Origin: Octopus sinensis
Lineage: Eukaryota
Assembly (NCBI RefSeq): GCF_006345805.1
Contig: NC_043026.1
Span: 14,053,579-14,117,578, forward strand
Length of the DNA: 64,000 bases
Reading direction: 5' to 3'
The notes below the pieces were generated by a model that was not told where the DNA came from, searched no databases, and saw nothing but the letters and a program-made list of their open reading frames with translations. This document shows, piece after piece, positions 48,947-61,439 of the stretch. How positions within the stretch are numbered: position 1 is the first letter of the stretch; each line of letters opens with the position of its first letter. The position numbers and the translations under genes were made by a program.

Positions 48947-51066
48947 CATGAGTCTTTGTTGTCAGTGTACGCATGCGTCACTGTGTACGCATGCGTACAC
49001 TGAAGAATCTGCCGCAAGGTAAGACTTTTGTTTCTTGGGTCCAGTGGGGGTTGTTGTCTATGGTTATATTTTTTACAAACAAGGAATCATCACTGGGTCC
49101 AGGATGTTGGTCTGCTTGCTGTTCAGAAATATTGTTCACATTAAGTGGGAACTTTTACTCATTATGAGAAGTATAGTTTGGGGGCGTATCCTTCAACCAA
49201 AAGTTGTTCACTTTTTTAATAGAGTATGTTTTTACAACTACGTTTACCAATAACTGAAAGCTGTATTTCAAGTGGAGCAGTTCAGGTTCTAATCGGAGTA
49301 CCATAGGGATTGGAGTACCTGAATGCCCAGAAGAGTTTATTTGCTGTGTTTTGTTGAACTGCTGTTTTCTTCTATTGCTGTTTTCTTCTATTGTTTTTCT
49401 CCTCTTCCTTTTGTTAACTTTTGATTTCTCTCTTTTCTTTTTGAAATTTGTGAACTATTGTTTTCGACTTTTTACTTTTTAATTTAAGACATGGCAAAAA
49501 AATTCGGTTAAGTTTGTAGAGTGGGAGATTGTCCCACCTAAAAAGTGGCTCAGACTGCAAGAGAAGACAGTGATGTTGAGAATGTATTCAAAGGTTCTTG
49601 ACACCACTACCGTCTTCTCCAAGCAGATGATTGAGCAGGAGTTGACAGAGCATCTGCCAACCATTAAGTATATCTCTAGGGGTGTCAAATATGCAACAGT
49701 GTGGTTGCTGTTTGAGACCCCAGATGAGGTTCGCAGTTTTGTGAGCCAGCCCTTTGAGGGTAAATAAATTTTGTTTCTTCCCACTTATTGTGGGAAGAAA
49801 TTGACGAGGGCTTGGGTTTGTGGTTTGCCACCCGGAATTGAACCCAAGTGGTTATAGGATACTATCCGTTGGGATCTGGGTGGCAGCGGAGCCAGGCTCC
49901 TCAATGTGAAAATTCTTCCTACGGCTGATTGGGTTGTGTCAAAAGCTGTTTTGACCCTGTGGACCCAATTAGCCATGAATCTGGTTATGCCAGATTCTTT
50001 GAAAATGGCCTTGATTCTTGAAGGTCGTTCTCACCCCCACCAGGTGTCATAGGTACCTGGAGCCTGGCCATATAAAGAAAAATCCTCAGAAACAAAGCAA
50101 GGTCCTGGAGCAGTTGATTGAGACCTCTGTAGAAGAAGGAGCTAAGGCGGCCGAGGAGACGGAGGACTCCTCAAAGAAGGGCCGCAAGAGGAAGGTGAGC
50201 AACAATGGATGCTCACCGAAGGATCCTAAGGATGAGGGAGGGGAGGCGAATCTCCTGGTCATGGAGGAGACACACCCTCCTTCAGTTGAGAAAAAAAGAG
50301 GAAGAGGAAGAGAAACGGGACATTGCCGGCAGTCGGTGACATAGCACCGGAATGTTCCGGAACCTTGCCGTTAGGGGTTGTGCTACCAGCAGAAGAGACA
50401 CCGTTGGAGGGAATTGTGTTGCCAACGGTAGAATTGACTACCTCGAACCCATGGGAAGATGAACTATTGGTCTTCTTCTACAGAGGTGGAGAGGTAGAAG
50501 AGGTGGTGGAAAAGCACAATAGGGAGTACCTTTAACCTTGACACAGGATCCCGAATGGTCTCTGCAGATAGTTGTGGAGGTCATAACATTGCCCGTGATG
50601 TATAGGCGGCAGGGACTCAATGAGAAATGTCGCTTGGGGCCAGGCGACGCCGGCTCGGATCCCGCCTTGGTCTTGAATGAGATGAGGGTGATGGCAGAGT
50701 ATACGGGCACAAGCGATGTTGGGGAGGAATAGTGACAAGAGGTTGAAAATCCTTAGTGTTATGTTTATTTTAAAATGCTTAATGTTTATTGCATGTTATT
50801 GTGTTTTAGAGGCTTAACGCCCCAATTCTTAAATGGACCATTCGTCCAATAATTGTAAAACTGAAGTAAGAGGTTCATTACCTCGTTTTGTCTTTTTTCT
50901 GTGAATAAAAGAAGAGAATAATGTTTTAGAGAAGCAAAAAATCGGCCGAGGTTTTTTGTCTTCTCCCATTAATATCATCCTTTCCATCATTCATCTCATC
51001 AATGTCTTTGTCCAGCCCGCAAGCTACTCTGTGTCATGCCTTTATGGCAAAATTTTTGAAATAAAG
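48947..51066 (+). mobile_element. ORF1-only Tx1-derived retroelement, copy 3 (apparently full length, about 2.1 kb)
   Basis: 5' UTR, frameshifted ORF1 from about 49491 to 50732, 3' UTR with AATAAA, no APE or RT motifs; flanked by TAGCTTGCTTAC at 48934-48945 and 51067-51078. Confidence 0.75.
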
Positions 51067-51436
51067 TAGCTTGCTTACGAACCACATAGTTCCGGGTTCA
51101 GTCCCCTGCGTGGCATTTTGGGCAAGTGTCTTCTTCTATAGCCTCGGGTCGACCAAAGCCTTGTGAGTGGATTTGGTAGACGGAAACTCAAAGAAGCCTG
51201 TCGTATATATGTATATATATGTATGTGTGTGTGTGTGTATGTGTGTGTGTCTGTTCCCCCAACATCGCTTGACAACCGATGGTGGTCTGTTTACGTCCCC
51301 AAAACCTAGCGGTTCGGCAAAAGAGTACGATAGAGTATGTACTAGGCTTACAAAGAATAAGTCCTGGGGTCGATTTGCTCGACTAAAGGCAGTGCTCCAG
51401 CATGGCCTCAGTCAAATGACTGAAACAAGTAAAAGA
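51065..51436 (+). mobile_element. SINE family A lacking its first about 23 nt
   Basis: Starts at AGTAGCTTGCTTAC, directly after the 3' end of copy 3. Confidence 0.9.
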
Positions 51437-51449
51437 GTATATATAAATT

Positions 51450-51830
51450 TAAAATCATAAGGGTGAAAAATTGAATATTAATTTGATTAATATCAATTTA
51501 AAACCAGTGGTCTAGCATATTAAAATCTGAAGATACAGGAAATTTATATTACATACATATAAGAGGGATGACCACTACGTGGACATCCATATGCTAGAAG
51601 TAGATCCGCTATGATATTACCACAAAGAAAAGAATGTTCTCAAGAAAATTTAAGCAAACTTGTTTGTGATTAATTTTGATTCTTTTCGTTTGACTTGGTC
51701 GCTTACTTTCTGGAGTTTGCTAAGATTTTCTTGCGAACAATGCCTTCTTAGAGTTAAGACCATAGCGGATCAACTTCTAGCATATCAATGTCCACGTAAA
51801 GGTCATCCCTGTTATATATATAAATATATG
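51450..51830. mobile_element. Penelope-related fold-back (same family as 19909-20225 and 41170-41290)
   Basis: Inverted arms 51565-51658 and 51716-51809 containing ATGCTAGAAGTAGATCCGCTATG. Confidence 0.65.
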
Positions 51831-52384
51831 ATTTAGCTAGGGTTGATAGTGCTATACAAACATGTGTTGACTTGTTCATAGGTGAGAGTTCCATTGGAAA
51901 GGGTAACGGATACGACTTCAATCACATGCTCGCCATAAGCCTGACAGTAAATATTCAGACATTTTGCAACTATTGACCTACGTGTTCGCATGAGTCTCTT
52001 CCTATGCATATTTACATATCATATATGTATATATGTATTTAGTGTATGTGCGTGCCTGCATGTGCGCGCATGCATGTGTGTGTGTGTGTGTGTTGTGTGC
52101 ACGAGGCGTGTATCATTGTGCTACTGAATTTAATTGTCGAAGGCGTTAAGGTGTGTTTTAGCTGATATTTGTCTCTTGATCGAACAATTTGTCGACTGTC
52201 TATTGGCTCGTTTTTCCTCATAAAGAAGACAACAGTTGTTTGTTTTATGATTTTATAGATCTTTGTTACTGATCAGTCCTTTTACCTAACTAGTTCACTG
52301 CCTCATTCAAGAAATACTTACTGCTACATGAATAACTACTTGAAACTGTTCACATCACACCAAATAAGGAATGGGCAAGATATT

Positions 52385-53250
<866 letters not shown>

Positions 53251-53403
53251 ATATATATGAAGTATTAATTTATAAAAATATGGTAAACTAAAAAAAAAAA
53301 TTTACTTTACCGCACACCGAGCTTTTTAGAAATAGCAGCCAAAAATTTGGCTATTTCTTCAACTGCAAGAAAAAGTCTCATATATATATATATATATATA
53401 TAT

Positions 53404-53741
53404 ACACTAACATATCCTTCCCCCAACATCCTCTCATAACCTCACCACTTTCAAATAACTACAGTGTGTGTGTGTGTCTGTGTCGCGCGTGTGCATATTT
53501 TCGTTATGGATTCGATAAGTGAGTTGCCCATCTTGACGCATGACGTATCAAATGATTCAGTAATCAAATGATTGAGATGGGCAACTCACTTATCGAATCA
53601 ATAACGAAAATATGCACACGCGCGACACACACACACACACACACACACACACAACACACACACACACACACACACACACACTGTAGTTATTTGAAAGTGG
53701 TGAGGTTATGAGAGGATGTTGGGGGAAGGAGATGTTAGTGT
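53404..53741. mobile_element. Fold-back or MITE-like element with about 130-165-bp arms containing (CA)n
   Basis: ACACTAACATATCCTTCCCCC... versus ...GGGGGAAGGAGATGTTAGTGT; spacer about 40 nt; no TSD recognisable. Confidence 0.7.
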
Positions 53742-54057
53742 TTCTTCAAGAAAAAAGAAAGAAGACTCTTAAAGATTCGAACTGTCTGTTTGTTTCATCG
53801 TGGATTACCGAGAAAAAGACGTGGGAAAAGTAAAGAATAAAGAAATAGATTTTGGGAGGGAGAAAGCCAAAGTATTACGAACGTGTTTGGGTGGGTGGAA
53901 GGAGCAAATCTCCTGTATGGAAAACATAGGAATGTGAATAGGATGAGAAAAGGATAAGGGAATGGGGACGCAAATATCACCTCGAACATGCTAGAAACAA
54001 CAGGTAAAGGGCGGAATTTTGGGGATAACTTTATATACACATACATACATATACATA

Positions 54058-54310
<253 letters not shown>

Positions 54311-54883
54311 ATATATATGTGCAGATGTATATACACATATATGAATGCATACATATAAATGTATGTATGCATGTATGTATGTGATATAATAGTGTCAGTA
54401 TTAATTTTTTCACTATGTATGTATTATATACTTACTGAAAGTATTAATAGTTAAAGAATTAAACTGAAAGTATTATCTTACATTACAATAGAGATGTTAT
54501 TGTTTCACTTTTGTCACGTAATACTGAAACAGCGTAAGAGATAAGAGTTTGTACCGGGCTCGCATAAGGTAAGAAGCTGAACTTCATTTGGCCCATTACA
54601 CTGCATGGACCCTAATTAAGGCATGTGAAAATTTGCATGAAATTGGTTGGGTAGTTCTCGAGTTTAAGTGATGTACACATACAGACACAGTCAGTCAGAC
54701 ATTCTCAGTTTTATATATATATATATATATATTATATATATGTATGTAGATAGATAGATAATTTATATGATATCTTTATATATGAATTATATATAATTTG
54801 CTTGCATGAATCATTATTTCTTATTCCAATATTGTTTATGGCAGCCGTATTTTCGTTTTCTTTTTTACTTTTGTCTATTGCAG

Positions 54884-55205
54884 AAATAATGTTATTCCAA
54901 TTGTAATGGGTGCCCATCCCGACGACTATCGTAAAGTAGCACCCGAGAATTCGTACATCCACTACGAGGATTTCAAATCCCCAAAAGAATTGGCAGATTA
55001 TCTGCATAAACTTGATAAAAATGATACTCTTTATAATGAGTATTTTAAATGGAAAGGAACAGGAGAATTTTTTGATACCCTACTTTGGTGTCGTGTTTGT
55101 GCGATGCTACACGCTGCCGATTATTACAAGCCGACATGGTATGAGAACATATGGGAATGGTGGCGAAGAAAGGGTCAGTGTATTGGAAAGGACCGGTGGA
55201 CATAA
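54884..55205 (+). CDS. Alpha-1,3-fucosyltransferase (GT10, FucTA-like), terminal coding exon
   Basis: Acceptor TTTTTTACTTTTGTCTATTGCAG|A, then NNVIPIVMGAHPDDYRKVAPENSYIHYEDFKSPKELADYLHKLDKNDTLYNEYFKWKG...WCRVCAMLH...stop; classic GT10 C-terminal motifs. Confidence 0.9.
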
Positions 55206-55584
55206 AACATAGGATATTGTGATATAATGTCCATGATGTAGTCATTGAGCGGGATGTAACATATTGAGGGAGAGATTGAGAGGAGGCGGGAAAGGTAGGG
55301 AAGAGGTAAGAGAACTTGAAAACTGCAAATTCTCACGATAATAAGAAAACCCTTTAAAATTCTTTCAAATTTTCGGCATCATTAAATTCAAGTTTTGTCA
55401 TCATTAAACTCAATGTTGTCCCCTTTTTGGGTAATCTTTCCTTTCGGACTGTTTTTACTTTTACAACCGTATTAAAACAAATATATTGAACAGTGTTTAT
55501 TTTCCTTTTCGTGAATTCTTTTCCATCATTACATGATTTATTTCTTTATGTGTGTCACGTTACAGAGTTGTGCTTATATAAATA

Positions 55585-55900
55585 CTAGACTACCCGTGGG
55601 TCACCGGAAAACCCAGTGTTACAGCAACGGAGATTTGTTTCGTAAGGTTTTTCTTTTCCGAGTTATTTCGCATGCTTTCAACGAATGACATTGAAATCAC
55701 ATTGAATATACCATCTGGTTTATTCAACTGATGAAAGCAGAGTTTATTTGAAGCCAAGCTAGAAATCCAGGAACTTGAATTATCCAGTAATATATTTTTG
55801 CTAGTTTATTTTGACCCTCTGTCTTATCTTGTGGTGCAATATGAACATTTTAGGTGGTTTTTAAAGTCAGGGATTTGACTACTATTTCGGCATGGTGGTG
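55585..55900 (-). mobile_element. Helitron 3' terminus (second family)
   Basis: Minus strand CCGGTGACCCACGG hairpin, then GTAGT, then CTAG|T at 55585. Right boundary uncertain. Confidence 0.55.
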
Positions 55901-56020
55901 TCTCTCAGATACCCTTATTTATAGTTGTAAAAAATTATTACCTTTCTATGTTATTTATTTCCATGCTGAACACTTGATAATATCGATATTTAAATATTGA
56001 TATTGTCATTTATTTATTTA

Positions 56021-56068
<48 letters not shown>

Positions 56069-56272
56069 AAGATAAACATGGGTAGCAGTAATGTGCCTCA
56101 CTACCACTTGAGATTTAATAATCTTAATAGTGCGAGTGTGAGTAGCCCATATGGAGGTAATGATAACGCTATTTCTGTAGCGACGAATAGTAACTCGGTT
56201 GATGATATTGGTATTTGTAGTATCAGTTCTAACGATTTGAATAATATTAATAACGTTAAATATTGACCACCG

Positions 56273-56938
56273 TTGAATATAGGAATAAATATTGAGAATG
56301 ATGTTAACATTATCAATAATAATATTGATGCCGAGAATCGTAATAAGGTTAAACTTTTTCAATTAGATAATAGCTGCAATTGCAGAATTAAAGACAACTG
56401 TGTGTTCAATAATGAATGCTTGAAAAAAGAGGTGGTGTACCAATGTATTGTGAGTACACAATACGATAGTAGGGTATATATTGGTGCTACTAAAAATAGT
56501 ATGAAACAGAGGTTTAACTATCATAGATACACTTTTAGGAATAAGAATAGGATTAATTCTACAGGGTTAAGTACATATATTTGGGTGCTTAAAAGCAAGA
56601 ATATTGATTATAATTTACATTGGAAAATTCTTACTTCTGCACCAGCGTATAACAATAGGACTAGAAAATGCTCTTTATGCATCAATGAAGTTTTCTTTAT
56701 TATCAAAGCTAATTTATCTATTATAAATAATCTTAAGGAGCGTAATAGTTTTTGCTGTCACAATCTAGCCTATACTTTCTTGGACGCTCAGGAAAGAAGG
56801 GAAAAAGGAGGGTTTGAGGTTTCGAGCGGAGCTCTTCGTCGGAAAAATAGGAGAAGGAAAGATTCCGAGAAGGGAAGACAGGGGAAAAAATCGCTAGTGA
56901 TACAGACGAGGTCACATACTACAAGACGGAAGTGGTAA
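56273..56938 (+). CDS. Penelope-like element GIY-YIG endonuclease domain (5'-truncated element)
   Basis: CNCRIKDNC...CLKKEVVYQC...VYIGATKNSMKQRFNYH...STGLSTYIWVLK...WKIL...KCSLCINE. Confidence 0.85.
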   Translation: MNIGINIENDVNIINNNIDAENRNKVKLFQLDNSCNCRIKDNCVFNNECLKKEVVYQCIVSTQYDSRVYIGATKNSMKQRFNYHRYTFRNKNRINSTGLSTYIWVLKSKNIDYNLHWKILTSAPAYNNRTRKCSLCINEVFFIIKANLSIINNLKERNSFCCHNLAYTFLDAQERREKGGFEVSSGALRRKNRRRKDSEKGRQGKKSLVIQTRSHTTRRKW

Positions 56939-57014
56939 AAGTAGAAGAAAATGTTTTTAAAAACCAGGAGAGCTATATCAAAGACGGTATGGTAAAGAAA
57001 GTGTGCGATGATGA

Positions 57015-58303
57015 CAAGTGTGTGTGTGTTTGTGTGCGTGTGTGTGTGTGTATGGTGAACAACTGGGTAGCAGGCTAGTAGTAAGAATTAAGGAAGGGTG
57101 TGTGGGTACAATAGCAGGTCAAAACCAGGGAGGTATGTGTGTGTGCGTGCACGTATATGTATCGTGTGTGTGTTCTGCTTGTAGTATGTGTGTGTGTACG
57201 TGTGTGTTTTTTGTGTGTATGCGTGGAGTTTGGGTGTGTGGCGAGTAACTGTGCTTAACTTAGTGTATGTGTGCGTGTGTGCTTGTACGTGCGTGTGTGT
57301 GTATATATATGTATGTATAATTGTGTGCGTGTATGTATGTGTGTGCGTGTATGTACGGTTGTGTGCTGTGTGTGGTTTGTATGTGTGGGTTCATTTGTGT
57401 GTGTGTGTGTGTGTATGTAAGCGTATATGGATGTATATGCGAGTATCCGGGGTTTGTGTGTTTTTTCCGCGCGTGTGCGTGCGCATGTGTGCGCATGTTT
57501 TGGTGTGCGTATGTATGTGTGTGTCTGTGCTTATATGTGTGTACGTATGTGTATGTGTGCGTGCGCGTGTTGGTATATGTTGTGTGTATGTGAATTAGTG
57601 TGTGTTTGTACGTGTGTATGTGTGTGTGCGTGTATTGTATATATATGTAAATGTGTGTGTGTACGTTTGTGGGAGTGAATGTATGTATGTATGTGCGTGT
57701 GTGTACAAATATAGGGGTTTATATGTGTGTTTATATGTTTATATGTGTGTATATATATGCATGCAAGCACACACTTCACTACTGAAAGATTGATGGAAAA
57801 AAACTCTTCCGGTGCGGGCGCATGCGAATCCACAGGCACACACACACACACGCACCGACGCACGCCCGAAACAAAGCCAACCCACATAATTGCATGTATG
57901 CATGTATGTGTGCATGTGTGCGCGTGTGTGTGCATGTATGTGCGCGTGTGTGAATGCGTGTGTGTATGTAGGTATTTGTGTGTGTATGTATGTATGTATG
58001 TATGTCTGTATGTGTGTATGTAAGTATGTGTATGTGTGTATGTGTGTGTGTGTATGTGTGTGTGTATATGTATGTATGTATGTGTGTGTGTGTGTGAATG
58101 TATGCGTGTGTGCGTGGGGTTTCCTCTGGATTTGTGTGGGCGTAATGTATGTATGTATGCGTCTGTGTATGTGTGTATATGTATGCGTGTGTGTGTGTAT
58201 GTGGGTGTGTATGTATGTGCGTGTGTATGTATGTATGTATGTATGTATGTGTGAGTGTATGTGTATATGTCTGTATGTATGTCTGTCTGTATGTATGTAT
58301 GTA

Positions 58304-58336
<33 letters not shown>

Positions 58337-58582
58337 GTATGTGTATATGTATGTATGTATGTGTGTATATGTGTATGTGTGTGTGTGTGTATGTATGTAG
58401 GTATGTATGTGTGCGCGCGTGCATGCATGAATGTATATATGTATGTATGTATGTATACACACACACACACACACAACACACACACACGCACACATATGGA
58501 GCCGGCCGCTTTCCAGGCGCGTGACAGCGCGCGCGCGTGTGCGCACGTGGACCCACATACACCCACACCAAAAAACCCATCC

Positions 58583-58620
<38 letters not shown>

Positions 58621-58630
58621 ATATATAAAT
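57015..58630. repeat. Degenerate (TG)n/(TATG)n low-complexity tract
   Basis: Direct reading. Confidence 0.9.
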
Positions 58631-58714
58631 ATATATTTTTTTTTATTTACTTTCAGCTCACAAGCTGTGGCCATGCTGGGGCACCGCCAATTGGTGTTGC
58701 TACATGATTTTACT

Positions 58715-60600
58715 TGACGAATGCTTTTTAGCAACTGCCATTTGGTGCATGAGAGAGTTCGATGCAGCTGCCCTTATTTGCACCTCCTGCCGTGAAGTTG
58801 GTTCATCTGGGACACCTGACAGGAAGAGATCCAGTTTCATTTTTAAGACATCTGCATCCACCCCATGCAGGTCTCTTAGGTTCTTCGGGTGGATATTGAA
58901 GAGCTGTGGGCCTCACAGTATCTTGTCCTACATCTTGATGGCAAATTTGGAGTCCTTGGCACTATGCGGTGGCGCCCAGTTCTGGCATTTGTGTAACTCT
59001 CGATGCCAAAGTTTGGGACAAGTCCTTCTAGGATCTTCCAGATGTATATTGTAGCATATCTTTCTTGCCTACGCTCTAAGGAATATAGTCTCAGTCTCTT
59101 GAGTCTTTCCCAATATGCTTATATGCTGCACAGAGGCTATCTTCTTCGTGTTGCTTCGTTGGATCGCTTGAAGTTCTGTGATTAACTTGACACTGGATGG
59201 TGACCATAGCTGAGAGCAATAGTCAAAGTGACTTAGGACAAGTGTCCTCCAGAGGACCATCATGGTTTCTTGTTCTCTTGTTCTAAAGGTTCTGAGAATC
59301 CATACGGTCAGCCGCCTACATTTCATTGCCAATTTAGCAACATGCACATGAAAGGTTGCATCATCACTCATGTAAATACCCAGATATCTCGCACTGATTG
59401 TGCCTCTGGGATTGCAATCCCTCCAGGTCCAGTGTATTTTTTGGGTATTGCATTTAGTTTTGCATGCTGATAGTATAAAGCTTGAAACTTTTCAGCATTG
59501 AACTGCATGCTATTCTTTTCAGCCCACTTGTATATTTTGTCCAGCTCACATTGCAGGTGCTTAGCGTCTTCCGGGTTCTGCATTGCCTGTGAAACTTTTG
59601 TATCATCTGCATAACTTGTGATCGTGGTTCTCTGCGTGGATGAGGGCATGTCTGAGAGAGCCATTATGAACAGTAGTGGTCCCAGAACAGTGCCTTGTGG
59701 AACACCGCTCACTATTTGTATGTTAATGGAAGTGGCTCCATTGGCTACTACCACCTGACTTCTATCCTTCAGAAAGTCATGAAGCCATTCTCCCAATTTT
59801 CCAACTATGCCAAGATCACGCAGTTTGTGACATATCTTTCCATGATCGACTTTATCAAAGGCCTTTGCAAAGTCGAGATATATGACTTCCACATTTGAGT
59901 GGTTGAGCAGTCGTTTCAGCACCCAGTCATAGTGTTGTAGGAGCTGAGTTAAGCAGCTTCTTCCTGGTCGGAAACCATGTTGGGTGTCAGGCAGCAAGTC
60001 ATTTTCTTCAAGGAATGTGATCAGTTTCCTTCTGACTATTCGTTCCATGACCTTGCTGATGTGTGAGGTGAGAGAGATAGGTCTGTAGTTCTTGGCCTCC
60101 GCTCTGCTACCTCCTTTATGAATAGGGCATATTTTACCTTCCTTCAGTTTTCTTGGATGTTTGCCAGTTGCAAAGAAGCTCTGAAAGAGGAACTGCAGTG
60201 GTCTTGCTAGAACTCTCTTACATACTTTTAGAAGGATTGCTGGGAATCCATCGGGGCCAGTAGCTGAGTTTGTTTTCATTTAATCAATAGCTTTTATTAC
60301 ATCATCTTCCTTTATTTTGATGTAATCAATCATCGCTGCCTCTGGTTTTATATCTGAAGTGGTGAAGAAGTCAGTTGGATTGCTGACTTGAAAATGCCCT
60401 AGGGGTGGAATGAAAATACTCTTGAATTGCTCATTTAGTATTTCACTTACCCTCATTGGATTTCCTGTGAGTGTGCCATCCTTTTCAAGGAGTTGCCTTG
60501 TATGTACAATTAGTGTGTCACACACCGAATTTGAGTATGACAAAAAGACCTGGGGTGTGAAGTCCTCACGGATGTACATAGAATCTCCTCCATGACTCCT
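58715..60600 (-). mobile_element. CR1/L2-group LINE, 5'-truncated ORF2 (RT), frameshifted
   Basis: ATGPDGF, NYRPISLTSHISKVMER, QHGFRPGRSCLTQL, YLDFAKAFDKVDH, PQGTVLGPLLF, YADDTK. Confidence 0.92.
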
Positions 60601-60770
60601 TTCTTTTCTGTCGGTCCGTAGTATGTGACACCGCTGCTGTAGGCTCTGTTCAAGAGACTTAGAAATAATAATATTTCTATTTTTGAAAACCAGTGATGTA
60701 TTGCACTGAATTTAGGTAAATAATCCCTTGAACAGACGGTTAGTAGCGATGCCTGCTGGATTCAGCTGCT

Positions 60771-60811
60771 CTACACTGATAAGGGGCAAATACCCTGAAA
60801 CTACTCTGCAT
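60771..60811 (+). ncRNA. Decayed hammerhead ribozyme-like motif
   Basis: CTACA CTGATAA GGGG-CAAATA-CCCT GAA ACTACT C TGCAT: G8 substituted, stems I and III partly mismatched. Confidence 0.35.
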
Positions 60812-61439
60812 ATGCCTGACCAGCAAGGGGAAGTGGCTGGCCTCCCCTCTTCGAATGTTATAATGGAACCAGGTTCGTGTGTCACATAGCTAGCTAGAGG
60901 CGATGGCCTCTTGGAGCTAATCAACGGCAGCATTCGTCCTATATTTCTGGACTGCCATATTAGCTTGGCGATAACTATTAATATATACACATATATTTAC
61001 ATATATACATACCTTTGTATATATACTTACTACATATGTCCATACATATACTTAATATAAATAACTGCAGATGCATGAACATACTCATCCCTGCATACAT
61101 ACATAGACATGCTTACCGACCTACATACACACATTCTTACATTTATATACACACACATATATACATTAATGAGAGGGATTATATATACATTGGTTTTTCC
61201 CACGTATTGTCTTCTGCAACAAAGAACGTCTGTTGAAATAGAATATCTTTCAGTAGAAAACAGACATTTTACATTAAAAAATCGCGAGGAGTAATTTGAT
61301 ATTATATACAGTAACATACGGAGATATATATACACAGAGTAACATACACGGATATAGACACACATACATAGATATATATATATATATGGACAGTGTGCAT
61401 GTCGTGTATTTAAGGACATTTAATCATCAGTATATTACT

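Noticed and set aside
57018-58734. Long ORFs (up to 361 aa) of CVCV/HTHT composition; similar ones at 7027-8060, 37142-37872 and 52336-52975
   Set aside because: Stop-free readings of dinucleotide and tetranucleotide repeats.
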